This document shows, piece by piece, positions 32,777-45,900 of a stretch of DNA of 64,000 nt (the stretch's first letter is position 1; every line of letters starts with the position of its first letter). The stretch covers positions 1 to 64,000 of the forward strand of contig NIVC01001722.1 of assembly GCA_002269645.1 (NCBI GenBank), given 5' to 3'. The position numbers and the translations under genes were made by a program. The notes under the pieces were generated by a model. The model saw only the letters and a list, made by a program, of their open reading frames with translations, was not told the DNA's origin and ran no database searches. This DNA comes from Macrostomum lignano. Its lineage: Eukaryota.

Positions 32777-33493
32777 ATGGCGGATTCTGATGATGACGAC
32801 TATAAGCCCAGTGTGCAATTGAAGATTGTTGTCGTTGGCGATGGATCTTCAGGAAAGACATCACTGACTTGCAGATATGCGCAGGATTTGTTCGGTAAAG
32901 ACTATCGTCAAACAATAGGTGTTGACTTTTTCATGAAAAAAATCGTTCTACCTGGAAATACAGAAGTAACACTCCAAGTTTGGGACATCGGAGGCCAAAC
33001 ACTCGGTGGCAGTATGCTAGATAAATACTTATACAACGCAGATGGAGTCGTCCTGGTGTACGACATTACAAACTTTTCCAGTTTCGAAAACCTGGAGGAT
33101 TGGCTCACCTCTGCAAAGAAAATGATTGACCCGTCAAAAAATCCGCACTTTGCTCTGGTCGGCAATAAAATGGACTTGGAGCATCTGCGAACAGTCAAAG
33201 CGGATCGGCACGAGAAGCTCTGCCAAGAAAAGAATCTGTCTAGTCATTTCACATCTGCCAAGACCGGCGACTCTGTCAACGCCATGTTTATGAAGGTGGC
33301 CGCTGCAATCTTGAAGATCACCCTGCGTCAGAACGACATCGATCAGCAGAAGGGAGTTATCAAAGCCGAAATTGGAAACGCGGCGTCGCGCAGCTCAGCT
33401 GGACAAGGCGCCACTCCAAGTCGCCCTTCTAACTCGCAATTGTCTAACACTAATGCGAATCAAGTGCAGACCAAAGCTTGCACATTGCTATGA
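32777..33493 (+). CDS. RAB28: Ras-related protein Rab-28, intronless
   Basis: [49 protein letters not shown] (the DIGGQ motif is typical of Rab28), NKMD, SAK; single-Cys CaaX CTLL. Confidence 0.93.
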   Translation: MADSDDDDYKPSVQLKIVVVGDGSSGKTSLTCRYAQDLFGKDYRQTIGVDFFMKKIVLPGNTEVTLQVWDIGGQTLGGSMLDKYLYNADGVVLVYDITNFSSFENLEDWLTSAKKMIDPSKNPHFALVGNKMDLEHLRTVKADRHEKLCQEKNLSSHFTSAKTGDSVNAMFMKVAAAILKITLRQNDIDQQKGVIKAEIGNAASRSSAGQGATPSRPSNSQLSNTNANQVQTKACTLL

Positions 33494-34960
33494 CCTGCAG
33501 TCTGCACAGCCAAAACAATTGTGCTATTAACAGGGCTGGCTTTCATGTTGTCCCTTCAGTCTGTGCGAATTTGATTTTATAGTCTCGCATGCTTTCTCTT
33601 TCTGTGTTCTATTTCATAATTATATTGGTATATATATATATCAAGTTATGGGCCAATTTATTTTTGGAATTCAAATCTAAGCAAAATGCTTTGAACATTG
33701 ATTCACAATGCCACAAATGCTTGTATGTACATTTTAGTGCATTCTTTTTTCCTGTAACTGTTCACAAATATCTGCACTAAAAATTCCAGTAACTCCTGAT
33801 GGTAAGCAAAGCTCTGAAGAATGGAACAGAAAGCTTATAATTATTTTTTAAATTAAAATCCAATTGAAATCCAATAAATTTAGTTCCTGTGTCATTAAAA
33901 ATTGTACTAACAGTCAATACTAAGTCAAATTTCAGCCAAAGCTCACATGATTGGAATTCAATTTAATTAATTTTCTGTAACTTATTTTTATTAAGGACTT
34001 ATTTTTATTTATCTGTATTATACTAGAGCAGGCCAAATATCTTCAATGTAGAAAAATGGCATATAGATTTTACATTCCAAACTTAGAAGTTTGAACATAT
34101 TCTTATGCCTTTGTAATTGTAGTAATATTTTTTATGTAATTAGAATGCATAAAATATACAAACTTATGGTTGTCGCTTGATTTGCTAGATAAAATAGGAT
34201 TTATAATATTTTAAAACTTTTACAGACAAATATTGATTCTATGTATTGATTTAATAAGGTTAATCCTGCATGTGGTTTGTACTACATTAAACTGGTGTTG
34301 ATTGCATAAATAAATTATGTACAATCTGGTGGGTGTACTATATGCAATACCTACTCAACTGCATAAAAAGATTAACAAAGCAACAAATTTGCAGTGAATT
34401 TTATTCGTTTAGTTATTTGATCCGGTAAAAAAAGCAATAACTATCCAAAGATTAATTTAAATGTATATTTTTTCTAACTGTGGTTTGGTTTTTTTTCAAC
34501 AAAAAACACAGGTGACCACCCAGCTGAGGCGCAGGCAGTCAAGCATGGCGCATGATTGGTAAAGAAATTAACAAATTCATGTCACTAGACGGTGGAGAGT
34601 GCAGGAGCCACTGTGCAGACAATGACGATGGACTTTATGGGGAAAAACAACGTTAGTCGTGCGGACAGGCGCATGCAAATATTAATATCTGAGGCTAAAA
34701 GTTTGAAGAAATAAAATAATACTAGCAAACAGTTTCTAAAGAGGCTCGCAATTAATAAATAAATTAACAGGTGAAAACAATGCATCTGTGTACAAAATCA
34801 GCTCTTGTGTGGGCGCTCTGTGTGTACATCCAAATGTACATTACATTGTATACGAGTCTAATGTATCTCAAGATGTAGCGTTTAACAGTGCAGTCAAATG
34901 TAACTTTGATAACGCACAATACAATGTACAAATCAGAGTCGAGGTAAGGTGCATCGTTTG

Positions 34961-35233
34961 ATAAAAGCCAGAAGAATGAAAGCGAAAACGAACATTCGCA
35001 TGCTTTTCTTTAATAATAGGCCTACCAAATTGCAATTTTATTAATCTTTGCGCGAAGTGTTTCGCCCAACAATTGGCATCTTCAGGCAATAATAGGTGCA
35101 GAGAGAAAGAAGCCCCTGAAGATGCCAATTGTTGGGCGAAACACCTCGCACAAAGATTAATAAATTTGCAATTTGGTATTATTAAAGAAAAGCATGCGAA
35201 TATTTGTCCACGCTTTCGTTCTTCTGGCTTTAT
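34961..35233. repeat. Inverted repeat (~120-bp arms) with degenerate hammerhead-like motifs near the centre; probable Penelope-like terminal remnant
   Basis: Arms 34961-35086 and 35114-35233; cCTGAAGAtgccaattgttgggcGAAACacctc on plus and the mirror on minus. Confidence 0.65.
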
Positions 35234-35904
35234 TGTACAAATCAGTGCGTATGTAATGTACATCTAATTTGCAGATCAATGTACATCCACATTGTACATC
35301 TAATGTACATATCAATGTACATTAAGGTAACTGTAACTTGTACTTGTAAACCTGGAAAACTCGGTTAAAAAGCGTTCCATCCCAAGCAAAAAAAAGTGTA
35401 CAACTAACAGTGTACATACTTGAGCGAATTTTACAATTACAGATATTGTGAAAGAAGAGAAGTTCAAATTAAGTGAACCTATCGATCTACGGCTAATTTG
35501 TGAAGCACAAAAAATGTAACAGCACACCCAAGGAAGTGTGCACTAAAAGCAAGGAAAGGTTACCATAGAGAATACGCAGTAGACAGGTAACACATTGAAA
35601 AAAATCAATACAAAACAGGTTTGAGACAGCTTTAACCTTCTCACATGAATTCAAGAGACAAAAATAATTATAAAAAGTAAATTATTCGATTTTTTAAATT
35701 CCGCACTAAAAATCACAAAATATCAAATAGATAAGAATAATACAAAGCTGTATGCTTTTATCGATCTGCCTTAATTAGATATACCTAGCTACTTCATAAT
35801 AAAACGCAAAAATGACCCACAGGTAGGCGCTGATCAAATAATAGTTGATTTTCTATAATAAACTAATTAACTTAAATTTTATTGATAAATGATCACAGTC
35901 TCAT

Positions 35905-36030
35905 CTGTGATTGGCTGGCACACCCGCCGGGCAGAGAGCGGGATCGGGGCGGTTGGCCTAAAATGACGTGGCCGGCGCTGATTGGCCTGAGGAGAAGAGG
36001 CTGACGAGAAACGAGAAGCGGCTAGGTGAG
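35905..36030 (+). promoter_or_regulatory. Candidate CpG-rich promoter with two CCAAT boxes, a GC box, a CRE/E-box-like site and a downstream splice donor
   Basis: gattggc at 35909 and 35980, ggggcgg at 35946, tgacgtg at 35964, ctag|gtgaga at ~36026; target gene not identified. Confidence 0.3.
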
Positions 36031-36980
36031 ACGCCTTAAAGTTGAACTATAAAGTATAGAATTTAAAGTACAAACAAATAGAATTGTCATGTTAAAAGCA
36101 GGGAGCAAAGGTAAAAAGATGTATCAATTGACTGTTAGAGAGAATAATTCAGAAGAAGCAATAAGGATATTAAAAATCGCTAAACAAAGGATACCAGCTC
36201 CGACCAAAACAGTTGCTGGTTTCAATTTGATCTTCAGAGATCACGTTGGGAGAGGAAATTGAAAAATAAGTGCTAAAATGTTTCTTTTGAAACGAACTTC
36301 GGCCTTCAAATATACTTACGATATTTTAGTGTTAATGTATTACTACAGAATATTAAATAGGAGCGCCCCAGGTATTTAACAGGCAGCTCAAGACGTAGCA
36401 CAAAGTACACTTCGAACAGACTGAACAGATAGCCTCAGCGTATCGCCACTAGCACTGAAGTCAACGAATGAGACGCTGGTTAAACGCCGAGGCACTGACA
36501 CAGTTAGTTGCTTCCTTCAAATTTACTTTCGATCAAGGGTTGGCAAACTGCGGCCTCTATATAATAGCCTCTCTATTCGGCCCTCGTGTTCTTTTAAACT
36601 TCACAATAGTAATCCATCCGACCCGCTCAAGGTCTCTTCTAAGCTCTTTCATATACCTTCTTTCTCCCTCTCTTCTCTGGATCCTTTCTCCACTCGTTTT
36701 TCTCCTCTATCCTCTCATCATCTCTTATCTCTTTTCTCGTCTCGCATCTTCCAGTGGACGACCGAAGAGCCCTATCCTCCAGCTTATTATCTTCCCAATG
36801 ACCATATGCGGGTCGCATGAATCTAAGGCACAAAAACAAGTTGTCTATGGTTAAAACACCGACTTAGGCAGAAATTAATGGCCAAATCGTTCAGTTTTGC
36901 ATTCTCTATGCCTACAGTGATGCGCTTCTAGAAATGAAAGAAAACAAGTTTCTCTTATGCCAAATACATGGTGGAGAAAG

Positions 36981-39900
36981 CTACTGCACTGGGCATTCCA
37001 ATCCCAGCATCCCGTCTTCATCCTCGGGCAGCTGCACCACATCCGGCAGGGCACGCAGCAGGTAGGTGAGGGTGCCGAACCGGCCGCTAGGCGCCGTGTC
37101 GTAGAAATGCGCGCAGACGCCGCAGGCGCCGCCGCAGACAAGCGCCGGGTAGGTGGCGCCGGCGCCGCGGCGCCAGTCTTCGTGCCGCAACAGCTGGTCG
37201 ATCTGGTCGGGCACAGCGCAGCAGGCGCAGGCGTCACCGCCCAGGCTGAGCTGGTCGCTCAGAAAGGTGTAGTTGGCCCTGTGCACCAGCTGCTCGGCGG
37301 GCAGGATCCTGTGCAGATCCACTCGCTGCAGCTGGTCACAGTCCGGCAGGCGGACCAGCAGGCTCAGAGCTTCAACAACCAGCTGGCGGTACTCCGGCAC
37401 TGGCACGGCCGTGATCATCGCCTCAACGTGCAGAGCAAACTTTACTTCGCCAGCCGTCATCTCCCTGGTGAGGTACTGGCCGATGATTTGGCCGTAGATG
37501 CTCACGCCCTCCGTGTACTCCAGCAGGCGCCACATCCGCCTGTAGAAGCCGGCCGGCACCCGGTTCAAAGCGCCGTCGATTCGTCGGCGCCGAAGCCACT
37601 GGCCGCGCCGGTCGGAGCTCATGGTCTGGCCGAGCCGCTCCTCCGCCCACTGGCCCGGTCGCTGGCCGGGGCCGTCCGACGGCGCAAGGCTGCGCGGCCG
37701 GAAGTCGAGCACGCGCGAGTCCGACTGGGGATTGGGAGAGGAGGGGAAGATTTTTGGCAGTGGATTTGCCTTCTCTCTAGAATTCTATTCCCATGCTCTG
37801 GACTATTCTAAATGGGATATTTAGAAGATCAGAATCAGAATTGGCTTGATGAACTTTGGCGGCTCAAAGGTGTCGGTTTGAAGAATCGCAGCTCCAGATC
37901 ACAAAGGCGTTACATAGACACTGCTCGATGGGTTCGAGAGCTGGACTCGGGGGCAGAAAAGTATGGAGACTCAAGGCGTTTAAAGAAAAGTTAAGGAGAT
38001 ATGAGGAAAGGAACCAGAATCTGTGGTGGAGATCATCAAGAGGAGAAAGCCCAAATATTACGGACATCAGACGAGGAAGGGAGCCATGGCAAATTTCTGT
38101 ATTCAAGGAGAAATAGATAGTGAAAGAAGAAGAGGAAGACTGAGAAAAAGCTTCCTAAAGGAATGAACCGGATGGACAAATGGAGAGAGAGGCTAAGAAG
38201 AGAGCATCGAAGGACAGGGAGGCAGTGGTGGCAGGATTTTTTGCATGAATGGGTGCGCCCACCGTCATGAAAGAATTTTAAGGCTGGTTTTCGCTACGGA
38301 GATAGGTAGTGTATTATAGAAGATTGATAGCCATAAAGCTTTTCGTTCAGAAAATTAAGATTCTATGTTAATTTCTTTTTCTACGTAGAATTGTATACGT
38401 CATGTGCCTAAAAACCAAAAAAACGGCATGAGTCGAGCTGTGACATGCATTTTATTATTTTAGGTACAGGGAATGTTTAATATTAATTGATATTAATATG
38501 AAAAAAGTGGAAATTTTCCTATCTCCGTAGTGTATTTTCCGGCAAAAGTCTATGGTTCTTCTCTGCTTGACTGTCCATTTTCTATAGTCTATGGCCAAGC
38601 CAGTCATTTAACCATTTGTCCGGATGAACAACAAAAATCGAAAGTTGAAGCACTGCAAGCGATGCACCAAACAACGTTGGGTAGCAAATAAAAAAGGTCA
38701 CAACAATAAATAGCAAAGCATTTGACTATTGGCTAAGAGAGAATAATTGCCAAAAGCTAATAATCTTCTTCAGGCAGACACTATGCCCCTCAACCAAGAG
38801 TCAGCAGACCATACTAGAGTTGTTAAAATCGTCATTCATCATTATAGATTAATTTAACCGCATGCATTTCGTTAGCAACTAACTAGACTCTATATAATAG
38901 ACAATAAATGCTTAATCACAGTGCGAGCACAACAGCTATTAGCAGAGAATAGTCAGTTTTACTGAGGCCTCACCTCCAACGAGATCTGCTCGTCCTCCGC
39001 TGAATAAGGAACATAAAGCTTAACGTTAGCATGTAAGATAATAATAGCTGCACATCTCAGTCTTAATTAATAGCTCCCGAATACTAAAATAATAATAATG
39101 AGCGGAAAAAGTCAGTCAAGTTAGCTGTGCACAGGGCAGCTTTGAAGGGCAGAAGCGCGCGGGCCGGTCTGATCTAAAATTAGACTCCCACAAATAGTCT
39201 CCGCGTGTTTCACCATCCCTTCCCTTACTCCCTACCTGCAGGGGATAGCTCTTGTTGCTAGGGAAACGGATTAGGCCTAGCAGGTGTAGATAGCACAACA
39301 AACAGTGGCGAGGGAAAAGTACGAGAGAGTAGCACTGAACCCGAGATGAGGGGTAAGAGAGGCAAGCTGTACACAAGCTGTTTTGTTAAGTAAAATAATA
39401 CAGTAAAATTCGCACTCAACTACTCACAGTATTCCGCGTGGAATTCTTTGCCGCTGAGAATGTGATGCAGCAGTGTTTTCATCTTGTACGGACTCAGGCC
39501 TAGCAGGTGCTCGGTGGCCTCTTCAGCTGCGGGGGGGGGGTTACTTGGCTAGTTCAGGATATTTATAGGCTGTTAATTTGGTTGGAATCTGGACTCGCTG
39601 ACTAGCAGCAGTCGCAGGGACCTCTGGTGCTGCTCCTCTGTAGCGTTTGAAGAAACAGAGCTGCCCCCCTCTTTAGCTGCCCTCTGTAGCTGCCCTCTGT
39701 AGCTGCCCCCTGTAGCTGCCCTCTGTAGCTGCCCCCCTGTAGCTGCCCCCTCTGTAGCTGCCCTCTGTAGCTGCCCCCTCTGTAGCTGCCCCCATCTTTA
39801 GCTGCCCTCTGTAGCTGCCCCCTGCAGACCTACCGGAGATATTCAGCGCCCTGGCCATCTCGGAGCCCATGACCTGGATGACCAGGCCCACCCGGATCCT

Positions 39901-42900
39901 GTACATGCTGGCCAGCAGCTGCGGCTCAGTCCTAGCCAGCATGCTCAGGTACACCAGCAGCTCCTGGGTGAGCACGCCAAGTGTTGGATCGCTGTCGCTG
40001 GCTGTCCGAATCAGCTGAGCGAGGGCGGCGCCTCCGCGCGGCGAGCTGATCACTGTCTCGCGCGGCTCCGGCGGCAAGCCGACAGTCACCTGGGCGTATC
40101 GATTGTCGGGGACAATTAAGGACGCGTACTTCAGCTATGGCAGATTCGAACCCCTGACCCTACGAGTATGATATTCGAACCCCTGACCCTAAGAGTATAA
40201 GATTCGAACCCCTGAACCTACGAGCATAAGATTCTAACCCCTGACCCTACGAGTATAAGATTCGAATCCCTGACCCTACGAGTATAAGATTCGAACCTCT
40301 GACCCTACGAGTATAAGATTCGAACCCCTGACCCTACGAGTATAAGATTCGAACCCCTGACCCTACGAGTATAAGATTCGAACCCCTGACCCTACGAGTA
40401 TAAGATTCGAACCCCTGACCCTACGAGTATAAGATTCGAACCTCTGACCCTACGAGTATAAGATTCGAACCCCTGACCCTACGAGTATAAGATTCGAATC
40501 CCTGACCCTACGAGTATAAGATTCGAACCTCTGACCCTACGAGTATAAGATTCGAACCTCTGACCCTACGAGTATAAGATGCGAACCCCTGACCCTACGA
40601 GTATAAGATTCGAACCCCTGACCCTACGAGTATAAGATTCGAACCCGTGACCCTACGAGTACGAGTATGATATTCGAATCCCTGACCCTACGAGTATAAG
40701 ATTCGAACCCCTGACCCTACGAGTATAAGATTCGAACCCCTGACCCTACGAGTATAAGATTCGAACCTCTGACCCTACGAGTATAAGATTCTAACCCCTG
40801 ACCCTACGAGTATAAGATGCGAACCCCTGACCCTACGAGTATGATATTCGAACCCCTGACCCTACGAGTATAAGATTCGAACCCCTGACCCTACGAGTAT
40901 AAGATTCGAACCCCTGACCCTACGAGTATAAGATTCGAACCCCTGACCCTACGAGCATAAGATTCGAACCCCTGACCCTACGAGTATAAGATTCGAACCT
41001 CTGACCCTACGAGTATAAGATTCGAACCCCTGACCCTACGAGTATAAGATGCGAACCCCTGACCCTACGAGTATAAGATGCGAACCCCTGACCCTACGAG
41101 TATGATATTCGAACCCCTGACCCTACGAGTATAAGATTCGAACCTCTGACCCTACGAGTATAAGATTCGAACCCCTGACCCTACGAGTATAAGATTCGAA
41201 CCCCTGACCCTACGAGTATAAGATTCGAACCTCTGACCCTACGAGTATAAGATTCTAACCCCTGACCCTACGAGTATAAGATGCGAACCCCTGACCCTAC
41301 GAGTATGATATTCGAACCCCTGACCCTACGAGTATAAGATTCGAACCTCCAACCATACAATTATATTCGACATTCGATTTTTTCAACTCAAACTTCAAGT
41401 CACACACTAGAAGAATAATAAAATCAAATAGAAAAATATAAAATATAAAATCCACACTCACGTGCTTCTGTCGGACCAGCAGATCAGTGAGAAACATTGG
41501 CAATTTCTCAACTCGCTTGTCCAGCATTCCGGCCGTGTAGCGAACCAGCCACCACTGGCGGAGCGAGCCGGCCCGCTCGTACAGCTCCTTGACGAGGTCG
41601 CGCACTGTCACCGGCTGGCCGCTGCCGTTGGCGTCCTCCCAGCCTGTGGTGTAGTCCAGGCCTCTGCGTTGGCGCAGGCGGAGGCGTTAAGTATTTTTTA
41701 AATCTCGTCCCATAAGTGTACAGCGGCCCTGACTTTCTATTCGTCAGGCATGTACACTCTCTGTGCCTTGGGGGTTGTTGGAGCGAGAGTCAGACGCGTT
41801 TACCGCTGACCTACTTTGACTCCGTATTACTAAGTAGTAAGTAACGAATATGGCGGCTATTTTCCTGTGAAGAACTCAACTAGATGTTTCATTGCTTCAC
41901 TGCAAGATAAGAAACAGTCACGTGACAATCTGTAAATCAGTGCGCGGGAGGGAACAAATGTACATTAGTCAGCCAGGCTATAAATAAATGTACATAGCTG
42001 GCCGCTCCGATGCGTTATTCGGATGTACAATAAAATTAGGGTTAAGAGGACAGATAAAAACAGCCAATAGGAATCTAAGGAGTAAGACATTCAGCCAATC
42101 TCACTTTGTATGGTACAGATGAAACAGCAGGTCGAACTGTTCGTACAGATGGTCGGACTGGGCCAGCCGTTTCAGCAGCTGCTGCTCGTTCATGCTGGCC
42201 ATGCAGTTCCCCGAGTCGTGCTGGTCAGTGGCCCTAGCGCAGTGCACCATTCGCTTCATGCTGTCCACGCTGTCCTCGTTCAGCATTGTGGGGTTCTTCA
42301 GCCGGTGCGTCACTGCGGAGGGGTTGGGGCAGCAAGGGTCAGCACTGACTCACTGCTCATCATTGACTGCAGCTGCCTGACTCACTGCTCACCATTGACT
42401 GACTGCAGCTGACTGACTCACTGCTCACCATTGACTGACTGCAGCTGCCTGACTCACTGTTCACCATTGACTGCAGCTGCCTGACTCACTGCTCACCATT
42501 GACTGACTGCAGCTGACTGACTCACTGCTCACCATTGACTGACTGCAGCTGACTGACTCACTGCTCACCATTGACTGACTGCAGCTGACTGACTCACTGC
42601 TCACCATTGACTGACTGCAGCTGACTGACTCACTGCTCATCATTGACTGCAGCTGCCTGACTCACTGTTCACCATTGACTGCAGCTGACTGACTCACTGC
42701 TCACCATTGACTGACTGCAGCTGACTGACTCACTGCTCACCATTGACTGACTGCAGCTGACTGACTCACTGCTCACCATTGACTGACTGCAGCTGCCTGA
42801 CTCACTGCTCACCATTGACTGACTGCAGCTGCCTGACTCACTGCTCACCATTGACTGACTGCAGCTGACTGACTCACTGTTCACCATTGACTGACTGCAG

Positions 42901-45900
42901 CTGCCTGACTCACTGCTCACCATTGACTGACTGCAGCTGCCTGACTCACTGTTCACCATTGACTGACTGCAGCTGACTGACTCACTGCTCACCATTGACT
43001 GACTGCAGCTGCCTGACTCACTGTTCACCATTGACTGACTGCAGCTGACTGACTCACTGCTCACCATTGACTAAAGGTTAGAAGAGCAAGTTAACTGAAG
43101 CCGGGATAGATAATTTTGCAGAACACAGGCTTTGAAACGAAAAAAATTTATGCGGTATCTAGTTACACAAGGTTTTAAGGCATCATTCTTGTTATTGTAT
43201 TCATTAATGGAAACTAACTAGACAATAAAAAATAATAGACTACTCTAGCGAACCTCCATCTGATCTAGTGTTACCTGAAATTCGATAAAGCGTACTTCCA
43301 TTCTAGTCTAGTGTACTTCCAATCTGATCTAGTGTACTTCCAATCTGATCTAGTCTACTTCCAATCTGATCTAGTGTACTTCCAATCTGATCTAGTGTAC
43401 TTCCAATCTGATCTAGTGTACTTCCAATCTGATCTAGTGTACTTCCAATCTGATCTAGTGTACTTCCAATCTGATCTAGTGTACTTCCAATCTGATCTAG
43501 TGTACTTCCAATCTGATCTAGTGTACTTCCAATCTGATCTAGTGTACTTCCAATCTGATCTAGTGTACTTCCAATCTGATCTAGTGTACTTCCAATCTGA
43601 TCTAGTGTACTTCCAATCTGATTTAGTGTACTTCTAATCTGATCTAGTGTACTTCCAATCTGATCTAGTGTACTTCCAATCTGATCTAGTGTACTTCCAA
43701 TCTGATCTAGTGTACTTCCAATCTGATTTAGTGTACTTCCAATCTGATCTAGTGTACTTCCAATCTGATTTAGTGTACTTCTAATCTGATCTAGTGTACT
43801 TCCAATCTGATCTAGTGTACTTCCAATCTGATCTAGTGTACTTCCAATCTGATTTAGTGTACTTCTAATCTGATCTAGTGTACTTCCAATCTGATCTAGT
43901 GTACTTCCAATCTGATCTAGTGTACTTCCAATCTGATCTAGTGTACTTCCAATCTGATCTAGTGTACTTCCAATCTGATCTAGTGTACTTCCAATCTGAT
44001 CTAGTGTACTTCTAATCTGATCTAGTGTACTTCCAATCTGATCTAGTGTACTTCCAATCTGATCTAGTGTACTTCCAATCTGATCTAGTGTACTTCCAAT
44101 CTGATCTAGTGTACTTCTAATCTGATCTAGTGTACTTCCAATCTGATTTAGTGTACTTCTAATCTGATCTAGTGTACTTCCAATCTGATCTAGTGTACTT
44201 CCAATCTGATCTAGTGTACTTCCAATCTGATCTAGTGTACTTCCAATCTGATCTAGTGTACTTCCAATCTGATCTAGTGTACTTCCAATCTGATCTAGTC
44301 TACTTCCAATCTGATCTAGTGTACTTCCAATCTGATCTAGTGTACTTCCAATCTGATCTAGTGTACTTCCAATCTGATCTAGTGTACTTCCAATCTGATC
44401 TAGTCTACTTCCAATCTGATTTAGTGTACTTCCAATCTGATCTAGTGTACTTCCAATCTGATCTAGTGTACTTCCAATCTGATCTAGTGTACTTCCAATC
44501 TGATCTAGTGTACTTCCAATCTGATCTAGTGTACTTCCAATCTGATCTAGTGTACTTCCAATCTGATCTAGTGTACTTCCAATGTGATCTAGTGTACTTC
44601 CAATCTGATTTAGTGTACTTCTAATCTGATCTTGTGTACTTCCAATCTGATCTAGTGTACTTCCAATCTGATCTAGTGTACTTCCAATCTGATCTAGTGT
44701 ACTTCCAATCTGATCTAGTGTACTTCTAATCTGATCTAGTGTACTTCCAATCTGATCTAGTGTACTTCCAATCTGATCTAGTCTACTTCCAATCTGATCT
44801 AGTGTACTTCCAATCTGATCTAGTGTACTTCCAATCTGATCTAGTCTACTTCCAATCTGATCTAGTGTACTTCCAATCTGATCTAGTGTACTTCCAATCT
44901 GATCTAGTGTACTTCCAAATTGATATCAAAGCACACTTCAACCCTGATGTAGTGGGCAGCTGTTAGAGAAACATGGAAAAAAGACACTGCAAAATGAAAC
45001 ACCGTGCATTGAAAAAATGAATTCATTCAAAAAATACCGAATGCACGCATCATACTACTGATATGGGGGTTGCCAGTACAGTAGCTACCTGTAGTTTCCT
45101 CGGCCACACGCCTGGACTCGTTAATCATCTCGTTAAGATTGGGCACCATGCCGAGCAGGCCGAAACCCGAGCTGCGACGCCGGCGGGACGGCTGCACGCC
45201 GCTGGCTGGGACTGCCGGAAAATAGGAGGGGCCAGCTGTATATACTACTGCCAGCGACAGGCGTGCACATTGGGCGGCAATTTTAGTAACAGCAAGTGCA
45301 GACAGTGACCGGCCGCTTCTAATAGCAGAATTAAAAAATGTCTTATTGTCTTATTGAAATATTCCCTTGTAATAATTACTGTCATTACCCATGAACGAAA
45401 TCGGATTATTTATGACCAGGTTATCCCTTTCCATAACGATCAGGTGTGGTGAAGAGTTGATAGATCAGACAGGTGTGTGTAGTGAAGAGTTGATAGATCA
45501 GACATGTCTTTAGTGAAGAGTTGATAGATCAGACAGGTGTGTGTAGTGAAGAGTTGATAGATCAGACAGGTGTGTGTAGTGAAGAGTTGATAGATCAGAC
45601 ATGTCTTTAGTGAAGAGTTGATAGATCAGACAGGTGTGTGTAGTGAAGAGTTGATAGATCAGACAGGTATTTAGTGAAGAGTTGATAGATCAGACAGGTG
45701 TGTGTAGTGAAGAGTTGATAGATCAGACAGGTGTGTGTAGTGAAGAGTTGATAGATCAGACAGGTGTGTGTAGTGAAGAGTTGATAGATCAGACAGGTGT
45801 GTGTAGTGAAGAGTTGGTAGATCAGACAGGTGTGTGTGTAGTGAAGAGTTGATAGATCAGACAGGTGTGTGTGGTGAAGAGTTGATAAGACAGGTGTGTG

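Noticed and set aside
32777-33493. RAB28 as a processed retrocopy
   Set aside because: The frame is intact and no poly(A) tail or TSD is visible; other genes here (GPCRs, most of PEX13) are also intron-poor.
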